Assembly: GCA_046726415.1 (NCBI GenBank)
Contig: JBKPAK010000015.1
Coordinates: 1 to 64,000, forward strand
Direction of reading: 5' to 3'
DNA: 64,000 nucleotides
From: Candidatus Methylomirabilota bacterium
GTDB taxonomy: Bacteria > Methylomirabilota > Methylomirabilia > Rokubacteriales > CSP1-6
In this document: positions 48,742 through 58,577 of the stretch, in pieces
How positions within the stretch are numbered: position 1 is the first letter of the stretch
Layout: each line of letters starts with the position of its first letter
Program-made: the position numbers and the translations under genes
The notes under the pieces: generated by a model
The model's database searches: none
What the model was told of the DNA's origin: nothing
The model's input: only the letters and a program-made list of their open reading frames with translations

Positions 48742-49152
48742 TCAGCGCTTGCCGCGCCAGGCGTCGACCTTCGCCTGCAATCGAGGCATGCGCATCTCGG
48801 GATCCACGATGAAGCGATCGTGACTCCCCTCTCCGACCTTCTCGACCTCGTCGTGGACCTCGAACCGGAAGGTCAGCCGGCGACGATCGACGGCCGTCAG
48901 CTCGACGGTAACGGTGACCTTCATGCCCTCGGGGGTGGCGGCCAGATGCGCGATCTCGACCTTGGTGCCCACCGTCGTCTGACCGGGTTTGAGGAGCGGC
49001 TGGACGGCCTGGATGGCCGTCTGCTCCACCAGCCGGACCATCTCCGGTGTGGCGAGAACACGGATGGGCTCCAGGCGCAGGTGGGGTGGCGTCATCTCGG
49101 TAGTGACGAGGACGGACTGCGAGTGCTTCAACCCTGGCGCAAGCTCGCTCAT
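48742..49152 (-). CDS. Hot-dog thioesterase (fluoroacetyl-CoA thioesterase FlK-like)
   Basis: VLATPEMVRLVE, TVGT..HLAATP, HDRFIV. Confidence 0.85.
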   Translation of the reverse strand: MSELAPGLKHSQSVLVTTEMTPPHLRLEPIRVLATPEMVRLVEQTAIQAVQPLLKPGQTTVGTKVEIAHLAATPEGMKVTVTVELTAVDRRRLTFRFEVHDEVEKVGEGSHDRFIVDPEMRMPRLQAKVDAWRGKR

Positions 49153-49298
49153 AGGCCTCCTCGATGGCGACGGACGTGGCGGCGCCCCTCAGCAAGGGAA
49201 CGGGGCGCCGCCCGCTGAGCCTATCGTATCCTTTGAGGTGGCCGGCGCGCCGGTGAGGTGGCCGACGCCCCGGGAGCGAGCGGCCAGGGACGGAGAGC

Positions 49299-50387
49299 GT
49301 GGCGGGAAACAGTTTCGGAACGATTTTCCGCGTGACGACGTGGGGCGAGTCGCACGGCGCTGCCGTCGGCGTCGCGATCGACGGCTGCCCGGCCCTCCTC
49401 GAGCTGTCCGAGGCCGACATCCAGCCGGACCTGGACCGGCGGGCGCCCGGGCAGAGCGCCATCGTCACTCAGCGCAAGGAGTCCGACACGGTGCAGATCC
49501 TCTCCGGCGTCTTCGAGGGCAAGACGCTCGGCACGCCCATCAGCCTGCTCATCCGCAACGAGGACATGCGCCCTGGTGATTACCGGGAAGTGCAGGAAAA
49601 GTACCGCCCCAGCCACGCCGACTACACCTACGACGTGAAATACGGCATCCGCGACTGGCGCGGTGGCGGGCGCACCAGCGCGCGCGAGACGGCCGGACGG
49701 GTGGCGGCGGGGGCCATCGCGCGCAAGCTCCTGGCCGCGCGCTGGGGCGTGGAGATCGCTGCGTGGGTCTCGAAGGTGGGCCGGCTGGTCGCGGCCTGCG
49801 ATGTCGAGCGCGTCACCCGCGCCGAGGTGGATCGCACGCCCATCCGCTGCCCCGATCCGACCTTGGCCAGGGAGATGATCGCCGCCGTGGAGACCGCGCG
49901 CAAGGACGGCAATTCACTCGGCGGCACCGTAACGTGTGCCGTCCGCGGCTGTCCTCCGGGCTGGGGCGAGCCCGTCTTCGACCGGCTGGAGGCCGATCTG
50001 GCCAAAGCCGCGATGAGCCTGCCGGCCAGCAAGGGCTTCGAGATCGGCTCGGGCTTCGCCGGTACCGACCTCACCGGGCGCGAGCACAACGACGAGTTCT
50101 ACATGGAGGGGGACCGCGTCCGTACCCGCACCAATCTAAGCGGCGGGGTGCAGGGCGGAATCACCAATGGCGAGACGATTTACTTCCGCGTGGCCTTCAA
50201 GCCCACGGCGACCATCATGTCCGAGCAGCATACCGTGAGTGTGCGCCACGACGACACCACCATCGGCGGTCGCGGTCGTCACGATCCATGCGTGCTACCG
50301 CGAGCTGTGCCGATGGTCGAGGCGATGACCGCGCTGGTCGTCGCCGATCACGCCCTCCGCTACGAGGCCATCCGCTCCCGCAAGTAG
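49299..50387 (+). CDS. aroC: Chorismate synthase
   Basis: [37 protein letters not shown]. Confidence 0.96.
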   Translation: MAGNSFGTIFRVTTWGESHGAAVGVAIDGCPALLELSEADIQPDLDRRAPGQSAIVTQRKESDTVQILSGVFEGKTLGTPISLLIRNEDMRPGDYREVQEKYRPSHADYTYDVKYGIRDWRGGGRTSARETAGRVAAGAIARKLLAARWGVEIAAWVSKVGRLVAACDVERVTRAEVDRTPIRCPDPTLAREMIAAVETARKDGNSLGGTVTCAVRGCPPGWGEPVFDRLEADLAKAAMSLPASKGFEIGSGFAGTDLTGREHNDEFYMEGDRVRTRTNLSGGVQGGITNGETIYFRVAFKPTATIMSEQHTVSVRHDDTTIGGRGRHDPCVLPRAVPMVEAMTALVVADHALRYEAIRSRK

Positions 50388-50499
50388 TGCCCGTCCCGCT
50401 CCACGGCCGACGTCTGGTCGTTCAGCGGCATCCCGGAACGCGGCAGGACCAAGTGGCGGGGCGGGATCGCGCCCCCGAACCTAGCAAACGCGACCAGCC

Positions 50500-50844
50500 T
50501 CAGCGCGGCCGGCGCGCCTCGTATCCGAAGAACCCGCCATGGGGACGGGCGTGCGCGTGGTAGTGGTCCGGGATGTTCCGCATGTGGTCGTCGACCCAGA
50601 ACTCACCGAGGCGGGCCGCCGCCACCTCGCGCAGGCGCGCCCGCATGTGATCGAGATGCGACGCCGGCGGCCGCACGCCGTGAAAGCGCCAGACCACCAT
50701 GGGCACGTCGCAGATATCGCATTCGGCGATCCAACAGATGTCGTCCTCGTGGTACCAGGGTGTGATGCGGGCGGCGCGGCACAGATCGCAGTCGGGGAGG
50801 CGCGCGAATGGCTGGTCGGATGTGGCCGAGGTCGTCTCGCTCAC
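50500..50844 (-). CDS. Small Cys/His-rich HIT-like protein
   Basis: CDLC, CDIC and HYHAH (HxHxH) motifs. Confidence 0.65.
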   Translation of the reverse strand: MSETTSATSDQPFARLPDCDLCRAARITPWYHEDDICWIAECDICDVPMVVWRFHGVRPPASHLDHMRARLREVAAARLGEFWVDDHMRNIPDHYHAHARPHGGFFGYEARRPR

Positions 50845-50940
50845 GAGCCGCCAGTCTAGCGCATCCGGCGCCGAATCCGGCCCCGCGGAGGGCCGGCCGC
50901 GCCCGACGCCACCGGGGGCGACCGAGCGCGGCTGATTCCG

Positions 50941-52581
50941 TCATGACTTAAAGGTCGAGATCGAGATCTCCTTCTGCGTGATGAACTCCAGCAGGGCCGG
51001 CACGCCCTCCTGGGTCTTGACCACGGCGCGCTTGATCGCCGGCACGATCTCCCCTGGCTCCGTCACCCGCTCGCCGTAGCCGCCGAAGGCGCGGGCCATG
51101 TCGGCGTAGTGGCCGCTGATGTCGGTGCTGCGGTACTTCTCGGTGGCGACCTTCATGACGGGGATCTCGATGGCCATGGAAAAGTTGTTCAGCAGGACGG
51201 AGAGAATGGGAATGCGCTCGCGCACCGCCGTCTCGAAGTCCATGCCCGTGAAGCCGATGGCCGCATCGCCCCACACGTTGATGCAGAGCTTGTCGGGACA
51301 GGCGAGCTTGGCCCCCATGGCCAGGCCGAGGCCGTAGCCGAGCTGGGTTGTCTTGCCCCAACCGATGTAGCCGAGCGGCGCGGTGGCCTCCCAGAAGGGC
51401 GAAAGCTGATCGCGGGGGCTGCCCGCGTCGTGCGTGATGACCGTGTTGGCCACGTCTACCGTGTGCATCAGGTCCCAGATCACCCGATACGGCGAGAGCG
51501 GAGCATCGGTCGACGTCAGCTTGGGCATCCACTGGGCCAGCCATTCCGCCTTGGTGGCCTGAATCTCTTTCTCGACGGGGGGACGGCGACCCCGGGGCTT
51601 GCCCTTCAAACGATCGCCCACCTCGGCCAGCAGCATCTCGAGCGTCAACGCCGCGTCGCCGACCAGGGCGTGCTGCGACGCCACGTCCTTATTGAGGTCA
51701 AGGGGATCGAGGGTGGCGTGGATGATGATCTTGCCCTTGGGTATGGCCACCCCGAAGTTGGTGGTGGTGAAGCTGCAGCCGATGCCAAAGATGACGTCGG
51801 CGTTCGCCAGGAACTGGTGGACGGTCTTGGGAATGGCGCGACCACCGGAGCCCAGCGAGAGCGGGTGATTCTCGGGAAAGGCGCTCTTGCCCCCGAGGCT
51901 GGTGGTCACCGGCGCCTCCAGCAGCTCGGCCAGCGCGCGCAGCTGCGGCCACGCCTGGGCGTAATGGACGCCCTGACCCGCGTAGATGAGGGGCCGTTGG
52001 GCACCGATCAGCACCTCGGCCACCGAGGCGACCGCCTTGGGATCGGGCCCGAAGCGCGTCACCGGCGCTGGCGCATACTCCAGCGGTTCCGCCACGTCCT
52101 CCTGGAACAGGTCGACCGGAAATTCCACCAGCACGGGCTGCGGCCGGCCGTTTCGCACCTGGGTGAATGCCCGCCGCATGGCCTCGGGCACGGCACCGGG
52201 CACGGTGACCTGTTCGCACCATTTGGTGACGTGCTGGTAGTTCAGGAACGCACTGAAGTTCGGCGCGATGTTGGTGATGCGCCGCGGGTAACCGCCCGGC
52301 AATACCACGATCGGCGACGAATCGCCATAGGCTTGCGCCACGCCGCCGAAGGCGTTCTCCGTCCCCGGCCCGTGCTGCATGGCGAACACGCCGATCTGCT
52401 TGCCCGACGTCATCCGGCTCACCGCATCGGCCATGTGGAGCCCGGTGCGCTCCTGGCGGACAATGATCGTGCGAATGTCGGCCTGGGCCGCGGCCTCAAT
52501 GATGTGATTGACCGGGTAGCCGATCAGGAACTTCGTGCCTTCGCGCTTCAAGATCTCCGCAACCGCGGCTGGAACCTTCAC
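50941..52581 (-). CDS. Thiamine diphosphate-dependent enzyme (acetolactate synthase-like superfamily)
   Basis: RQERTG, QHGPG, GDAAIG..NN ThDP motif; GTG overlaps the upstream stop. Confidence 0.9.
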   Translation of the reverse strand: MKVPAAVAEILKREGTKFLIGYPVNHIIEAAAQADIRTIIVRQERTGLHMADAVSRMTSGKQIGVFAMQHGPGTENAFGGVAQAYGDSSPIVVLPGGYPRRITNIAPNFSAFLNYQHVTKWCEQVTVPGAVPEAMRRAFTQVRNGRPQPVLVEFPVDLFQEDVAEPLEYAPAPVTRFGPDPKAVASVAEVLIGAQRPLIYAGQGVHYAQAWPQLRALAELLEAPVTTSLGGKSAFPENHPLSLGSGGRAIPKTVHQFLANADVIFGIGCSFTTTNFGVAIPKGKIIIHATLDPLDLNKDVASQHALVGDAALTLEMLLAEVGDRLKGKPRGRRPPVEKEIQATKAEWLAQWMPKLTSTDAPLSPYRVIWDLMHTVDVANTVITHDAGSPRDQLSPFWEATAPLGYIGWGKTTQLGYGLGLAMGAKLACPDKLCINVWGDAAIGFTGMDFETAVRERIPILSVLLNNFSMAIEIPVMKVATEKYRSTDISGHYADMARAFGGYGERVTEPGEIVPAIKRAVVKTQEGVPALLEFITQKEISISTFKS

Positions 52582-54206
52582 GATGCGCCTCCCTTGCGAT
52601 TCTCGCCCTTCTGCGACTCCTGATCCCGAAGCACGCGCCGCAGGATCTTCCCGGACGGGTTCTTCGGGATCGCCTCGACAAACTCCACTTCCTGCGGCGT
52701 CTTGTAGCCGGCCAGTCGCCCCGTGGTAAAGGCGACGACGTCCTCCGCCGTCAGCTCGGGTTGCCCGGAGCGCCGCACCACGAAGGCCTTGGGAATCTCG
52801 CCGGCCTCCGCGTGGGCCTTGCCGATGACCGCGCAATCGGCGATGCCGGGATGCTCGAGCAGGAGCGCCTCGATCTCTGCTGGCGCGATCCCGAACCCCT
52901 TGTACTTGATCATCTCCTTCTTGCGGTCCTGCACGAAGGTGTAGCCGTGTTCGTCGACGTATCCGATGTCGCCCGTGTAGAGCCAGCCATCGCGAACCGC
53001 CGCCGCGGTGGCTTCCGGCGCCTTCCAGTAGCCCTGCATCACCTGGGGGCCGTACACACAGATCTCGCCGACCTCCCCGGGCGGGAGGATCGTCGTGCCC
53101 GTCTCGATATCGACGATCTTCTGGGTAGTATCGTGGGCCAGCAATCCCGCCGAGTCGACGACGTTGAATGTCTCGTCGTGCACCGGGTTGATGTGGGTCA
53201 GCGGGGCCGCCTCGGTGAGCCCATACCCCTGTACCACCGGCACCCCGGTCAGCTCGCGGAACCGCCGGGCGATCTCGGGGGCCACCGGCGCCGCGCCGAC
53301 CATCGTGAATCGCAGACTGCTAAGGTCGTACTTCGATAGCTCGGACCATCCCGCGAGCATCAGGAGCACGGGCGGAACCGCGAAGTAGAGCGTGATTCGG
53401 TGGCGCTCGACCAGGCGAAGCGACTCGGCGGGATCGAAGCGCTCCATCAGCACCGCGGTCGCGCCCGCGTACATGGCGCCCCCCATCAGCATAGCTCCGT
53501 AGATGTGATAGAAGGGCAGGAAGATCAGCAGTCGATCCACCTCGCGCAGGCGCAGGCACGCCACGAACTGGATGTTGTTGCACACCAGATTCCGGTGGCT
53601 CAGCATCACGCCCTTGGGCAGTCCAGTCGTTCCGCTCGAATACGGGAGGGCCACCAGATCGCGCTCGCCAATCTTCACCGGGGGCGGGGGCGACGCGGGC
53701 TGGCCGGCGATCAGCTCGAGGACGTGGTGGGCCCGCGCCCCCGCCGCCGGCCCACCCGGCCCGATGGCAATGACGTGCCGCAGCCTGGGAGTCTGGCTCC
53801 GCACCGCTTCCACGCGCGGTACCAGATCATTGTGGACTACGACCGCCACCGCCTCGGCATCGTTCAGCTGGTACTCGATCTCGCGCTCCCGGTAGGAGGG
53901 ATTCATCGGGCTGACCACCGCGCCCACCCGCGCGATGGCGTAAAAGGCCATGATGTACTCGGGGCAGTTGGTGGTCAGCAGGCAGATCTTGTCGCCGTGT
54001 CGGATGCCAAGCTCGCGAAGCGCGTGGGCGAAGCGGTTGGTCAGTGCCTCCAGCTCTCGGAACGTGAGACTGATATCCTGGAAGATCACCGCCACGCTCT
54101 CCGGCCAGCGCTCGGCCGCGTGAGTCAGCATGTGGTCGTAGGGAATGTTCGGATAGGCGAGTGGAGGGCGGAAGAACTCGGATCGGATCGTGCTGGGTGT
54201 CGCCAT
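52578..54206 (-). CDS. Acyl/aryl-CoA ligase (long-chain fatty acid or 4-coumarate CoA ligase-like)
   Basis: YSSGTTGLPKG, GYGLTE, TGDIG, DRKKEMIK, PKNPSGKILRR. Confidence 0.92.
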   Translation of the reverse strand: MATPSTIRSEFFRPPLAYPNIPYDHMLTHAAERWPESVAVIFQDISLTFRELEALTNRFAHALRELGIRHGDKICLLTTNCPEYIMAFYAIARVGAVVSPMNPSYREREIEYQLNDAEAVAVVVHNDLVPRVEAVRSQTPRLRHVIAIGPGGPAAGARAHHVLELIAGQPASPPPPVKIGERDLVALPYSSGTTGLPKGVMLSHRNLVCNNIQFVACLRLREVDRLLIFLPFYHIYGAMLMGGAMYAGATAVLMERFDPAESLRLVERHRITLYFAVPPVLLMLAGWSELSKYDLSSLRFTMVGAAPVAPEIARRFRELTGVPVVQGYGLTEAAPLTHINPVHDETFNVVDSAGLLAHDTTQKIVDIETGTTILPPGEVGEICVYGPQVMQGYWKAPEATAAAVRDGWLYTGDIGYVDEHGYTFVQDRKKEMIKYKGFGIAPAEIEALLLEHPGIADCAVIGKAHAEAGEIPKAFVVRRSGQPELTAEDVVAFTTGRLAGYKTPQEVEFVEAIPKNPSGKILRRVLRDQESQKGENRKGGAS

Positions 54207-54869
54207 CACCAAAGCCCCCTCAGCTGCGCGCCGCCGCGGAAACGGCTCGGCGCCGCACCGGCAACCCTCGAAGAATCACCACCAGCAGGGTCAGGGTGCC
54301 ACGCGGCAGGATATCGTACATTACTCGGCCGGATAGACAACCGCGCCCTTCACGGAGCGCGTGGCGGCGAGTGCCGATCCGGATCGGCTCATGCGTCTCG
54401 CCGCGCCGAGCACTTGATCCCTCCGGAGTCCGAGCCGTTCCAACTGGCGCGTGATTGGTTCGGCATCGCCACTCCTCACCATGCCACCTCGAGCGGCTCC
54501 GGCGAGAGCGCTTCTCCGAGTTCCGCTCGCCGGGCCGGATTCCCCATGCCGCAACGCACCATGACCGCTTGAAGTGACCGCGCCGCGGTGTAGCGTAAGA
54601 GGTGTCTGGGCGAGATGAAGCGACGCCAGGTCCGATGCCGTGTAGGGAACGCAACGCCCCGACCTGGCACCTCGACCAGGCCCGGCGCCGGTAATTCCAG
54701 GGTGGTGACGCCGATCACCATCGCCGGCGCCGGTCACGACATCTGATCGCGGCCTGAACATCGCCGTCGAGATCGAGCCCACCGCGTCTCGACCGCTATT
54801 GACAATCGGAGGGGGCATGCGCAAGCTTGCGCCACCTTCGCCGGCAGGGGCAGCATCGAAGTGATCGTC

Positions 54870-55542
54870 ATGGCCTCTCAGACAGGCGCGGAATTCGCCC
54901 GTCTCCTGGACGCGCTGCCGCACGGTGCGCTGATCACTCGCCCGGATGGCGTCATCCTGGCGGCGAACCACGAGGTGGCGTCGTTACTCGACGCGCGACC
55001 TGCTGACCTCGTCGGCACCCCCCTCAGCGACCTGACCAGCCGGTACACCATTCCCGAGCTCGCTCCAGCGCTCGATTGCGTCAAGACCGGATCGGCGGGC
55101 ACTCGAGACTTCACGACGGCCGAGGGAAGCCGCCACCTCCGCGTGCGGGTGGCCCCGGTGAGTGGGTTGGAGAAGGCCATCGCGCGGGCTCCGCCTCGCG
55201 ATCATCGAAGGCAATCGAGATTCCCGGGAGATGCTGCGGACCGTCCTCGAGCTGCAGGGCCATCGAGTGCAGGATGCCGCGGACGGCCTCGCCGGCGTTC
55301 AGCTCGTCATCACCACCGCCCCTGACGTTGTGCTCGTGGACATCGGCCTTCCCGGTATCGACGGCTACGAGGTGGCGCGCCGACTGCGTCAGAGACTCGG
55401 CAGCGCTGTGCGCCTCATTGCCCTGACGGGCTACGGCGACCCGGATTCGAAGCAGATGACCGCCACGGCAGGGTTCGACGACCACCTGGTCAAACCCGTC
55501 AGCCCCGAAGAGCTGGCGCGAGTCCTGGAAACGCTCGGCTAG
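54870..55542 (+). pseudogene. Hybrid sensor kinase remnant: PAS domain joined out of frame to a receiver domain
   Basis: LLDALPHGALITRPDGVILAAN PAS; frame switch near 55165; PDVVLVDIGLPGIDGYEVARR..LTGYG..HLVKP REC; no HisKA or HATPase. The REC part (55162-55542) could be a separate gene. Confidence 0.6.
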
Positions 55543-56615
55543 GAGCGGGGGGAAGCCGCGTCAGTCGGGGCGAGCACCCCCAGCACCCCGATCACCTCGC
55601 CGTCACCGTCTTTGAGCGGCGACAAGCGCATGTTGGCGTGACGGCTCTCTCCGCCCGGCAAGATGTAGGGGATGTTCGGGACGTCCTCCGGCTGGGCGGT
55701 GCGCAGCACCCGCTCGTACGCCTCACGCGCGGCCGAGGCCAGTTGCCCGAGTGGTAGGTGCCCCAGCTGGCGACCCACGATCTGTGCGTGGCGAAGACGC
55801 CACATGCGCTCGGCAGCCTGGTTCCACGTCTCGATGGTGCCCGCCCGGTCGAGCACGATGATGCCCTGCTCGAGGCTGTTCAGAAAGCTCTGGTGGCTGA
55901 CATCCATTCGGCGAAGCTCCGCCGTGCGGTGCTCTAGCTCGGTGTTGAGCGTGGCCAGCTCGGCGTTGGTCGCTCGCAGCTCTTCGACGGTGGTCTCCAT
56001 TGGTCGACTGGAGCTCTTCGTTGGTGGTCTCGAGCTCCTCGTTGGTCGATTGGAGCTCTTCGTTGGTGGTCTCCAACTCTTCGTTGGTCGACTGCAATTC
56101 CTCGATGGCCGTGGCATGCTGCTCGGCGATCCGGCTCATCTGTTCCTTGAGCCGGGCGTGCTCGGTGGCCTCCAGGGCGAACACCAGGATCCCCGACGCG
56201 TGGTCGCCGTCCATGAGCGGCAGCATCGACAAGTCCACGTGCGCTAGTTCGCCGTTCCGCCGCGTGAAGGTCACGTCGTCCAGGCTAACTAACGGCGGCG
56301 TGTCCGGCCTTCACGTCCTCGATCCGCGCCCGCAGCCCTTCCACCCGATAGCTGATGTCGAGGTCACGGAACTTGTCGGCCACGGCACCGGCCATCGGGA
56401 TCTCGAACAGCTGCTCGGCCGCCAGGTTCCGGGACAGGATGGTGTCGGACATGTCGATGACGACGACGCCGGCCGGCAGCACATCGACGGCGCGCTGAAG
56501 ACGCGCGGCGGTGGACGCGTCGGTGCGCGCTCCATGCTCGGCCGTCAGGGCCTCGGGCGCCCGGTCGGGCAGCACGGCACCCACGTGCTGGGCGCGGTGG
56601 TGACTCGGCGGAGCC
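55539..56615 (-). pseudogene. Degraded CheR/CheB-type PAS-coiled-coil-PAS gene
   Basis: EELQSTNEELETTN repeats, two PAS segments, frameshifts near 56000 and 56288; methyltransferase domain absent. Confidence 0.75.
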
Positions 56616-56621
56616 ACGCGC

Positions 56622-56650
56622 ATCGTAGGGCGGGGTCCCTACCGTGTCAA
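56622..56650 (-). promoter_or_regulatory. Near-consensus sigma70 promoter
   Basis: TTGACA-N17-TACGAT on the minus strand. Confidence 0.55.
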
Positions 56651-56697
56651 GGACGCCTCCGACAGCGCGATCACCCGAACGGCACGGCCGTCGGCCC

Positions 56698-57276
56698 TCA
56701 GCGGTGGGCGGCGAGCAGGTTGGCGCGCAGGCTTTCTATCTGCTGGTGGAGCGGGGCGCCGCCCCGCGCCGTCATGGGCGTCTGGTCTGCCAGCGCCGTG
56801 TGCAGTTCGACGAGGATCGGCCCCTCCTCGCTGAGGATCCGGGGCAGGCGGCGGCGAAACTCGTCGATCTCGTGAATGGCCGAGGCGCTGCGATACCCGG
56901 CCCCCTTGGCCATGGCCACGAAGTCCACGGTGAGACCGCCGGGAATCTCCTGGGCCCCCGAGGTGTGATAGACGCCGTTCTTGAACAGGAGATGGACGAG
57001 GTTGCGCGGGCGCGCTCCGGCAATGGTGGCCAGCGAGCCGAGTTGCATCAGGAGCGAGCCGTCGCCGTCGAAGACGATGACGCGCCGCTCGGGGCGGGCC
57101 AGCGCGAGGCCGAGACCGATCGACGAGGCGCCGCCCATGAAGCCGGCGCACGTCACCGAGAGGTCGTCGGGGGCGATGGTGCGCCAGGCGGGAGCGGTGG
57201 TCATGGTGGGGACGCAGAGGGCATCGCCGCGAGCGGCGGCGATGGCCCGCAGCACGTCTTCGGGCTTCATGGCCAT
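56698..57276 (-). CDS. Sulfopyruvate/phosphonopyruvate decarboxylase beta-like subunit (ComE-like)
   Basis: MGGASSIGLGLALA, DGDGSLLMQLGSL, NGVYHTSG. Confidence 0.82.
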   Translation of the reverse strand: MAMKPEDVLRAIAAARGDALCVPTMTTAPAWRTIAPDDLSVTCAGFMGGASSIGLGLALARPERRVIVFDGDGSLLMQLGSLATIAGARPRNLVHLLFKNGVYHTSGAQEIPGGLTVDFVAMAKGAGYRSASAIHEIDEFRRRLPRILSEEGPILVELHTALADQTPMTARGGAPLHQQIESLRANLLAAHR

Positions 57277-57277
57277 C

Positions 57278-57838
57278 TCAGATCGTCTCCAGGCCTACCA
57301 GCACCGCCGCCGGCCCCCGCCGCTGGCGGCTGAGCCGGTAGTACTCGGGAATGAGGTGCACGTCGTTGGGACCTTCCAGCCGAGCGTGGGGCACGCCGAA
57401 CGTGTCGAGCAGCGGTTCGGCGAAACGCACCATGGAATGGCGTGACTCGCGGGGGTCCTTGTCCTTCTCGCGGCTGAGGAGTCCGATCATGTAGAACATC
57501 GGGACGCGACCGTCCATGGCCACCCCTCGGAGGGTGTTGACGGACGCGTAGAGCCCTGCGTGCTGGATCATGAGGGCCACCGGCTCCCCGCCGGTGTAGA
57601 GGCCAGCGGCGATGGCCACGGCCTCGTCCTCGGTGGCGCACGTCACTACGCGAAGGGACTGCTCCTTGTCCAGCGCCGCCAACACCGTCTTCTGATGAGT
57701 ATCGGGCACGCTGAGAATCCAGCCCAAGTGGTCGTACGGTGGCTCACTCCACCCCTCGGCCGCGCGCGCTGCGCGGGCTTCCCGGAAGGTATCCTTCAGC
57801 GTATCGATGATCAGCGACGCGGGGATCGATTCCGGCAT
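57278..57838 (-). CDS. Sulfopyruvate/phosphonopyruvate decarboxylase alpha-like subunit (ComD-like)
   Basis: [33 protein letters not shown]. Confidence 0.8.
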   Translation of the reverse strand: MPESIPASLIIDTLKDTFREARAARAAEGWSEPPYDHLGWILSVPDTHQKTVLAALDKEQSLRVVTCATEDEAVAIAAGLYTGGEPVALMIQHAGLYASVNTLRGVAMDGRVPMFYMIGLLSREKDKDPRESRHSMVRFAEPLLDTFGVPHARLEGPNDVHLIPEYYRLSRQRRGPAAVLVGLETI

Positions 57839-57905
57839 GCGAGCCTCCCGACCGAATATCGGATGTATCCTAATGAAAGATTCCGCCTTTCAGAAAGGGG
57901 CACTC

Positions 57906-58577
57906 ATGCTTCGGATCATCGCGTGCATCATCGCGCTTCTGACCCTCGGCGCCGCCGGCGCCGTCACAGGCCAGGAGCTGAAGACCGAGGAGCAGAAGAC
58001 GTTCTACGCCCTCGGACTGGCACTCAGCCAGGGCCTCACCTCCTTCAACCTGACCGAAGCCGAGCTCGACCTGGTCAAATCGGGCCTGACCGATGGGATC
58101 TTGAACCGACCGCGGAAGGTCGAGCTGCCGACCTACGCTCCCAAGCTGCAGGAGCTGCAGAACTCGCGCATGGCGGCGGTAGCGTCCGTCGAGAAGAAGT
58201 CCAGCCAGGCGTTCCTCGACAAGGCCGCCGCCGAGAAGGGAGCGACCAAGACGCCCTCGGGAGTGATCGTTACCACGATCACCCCAGGTACCGGCCCCGC
58301 GCCCACGGCCAGTGACAAGGTGAAAGTGCACTACACCGGAACGCTGACCGACGGCTCCGTCTTCGACAGCTCCGTCCAGCGAGGGCAACCCGCCACGTTC
58401 CCGCTCAATGGGGTCATCAAGTGCTGGACGGAGGGGGTCGCCACCATGAAAGTCGGCGGCAAGAGTAAGTTCGTGTGCCCGGCCGACGCCGCCTACGGCG
58501 ATCGCGGGGCCCCCCCGAAAATCAAGCCGGGCGCCACCCTGGTCTTCGAGGTGGAGTTGCTGGAGATCGTCAAGTAA
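57906..58577 (+). CDS. FKBP-type peptidyl-prolyl isomerase (FkpA/Mip-like) with signal peptide
   Basis: [37 protein letters not shown]. Confidence 0.93.
   Translation: MLRIIACIIALLTLGAAGAVTGQELKTEEQKTFYALGLALSQGLTSFNLTEAELDLVKSGLTDGILNRPRKVELPTYAPKLQELQNSRMAAVASVEKKSSQAFLDKAAAEKGATKTPSGVIVTTITPGTGPAPTASDKVKVHYTGTLTDGSVFDSSVQRGQPATFPLNGVIKCWTEGVATMKVGGKSKFVCPADAAYGDRGAPPKIKPGATLVFEVELLEIVK

Noticed and set aside
54220-54860. Small ORFs or an ncRNA in the 640-bp intergenic region
   Set aside because: No convincing RBS-ORF combination, protein motif or RNA family signature that I could support.
55995-56105. 21/42-bp periodic nucleotide repeats
   Set aside because: They encode the EELQSTN/EELETTN coiled coil typical of CheR/CheB fusion proteins; not an independent element.
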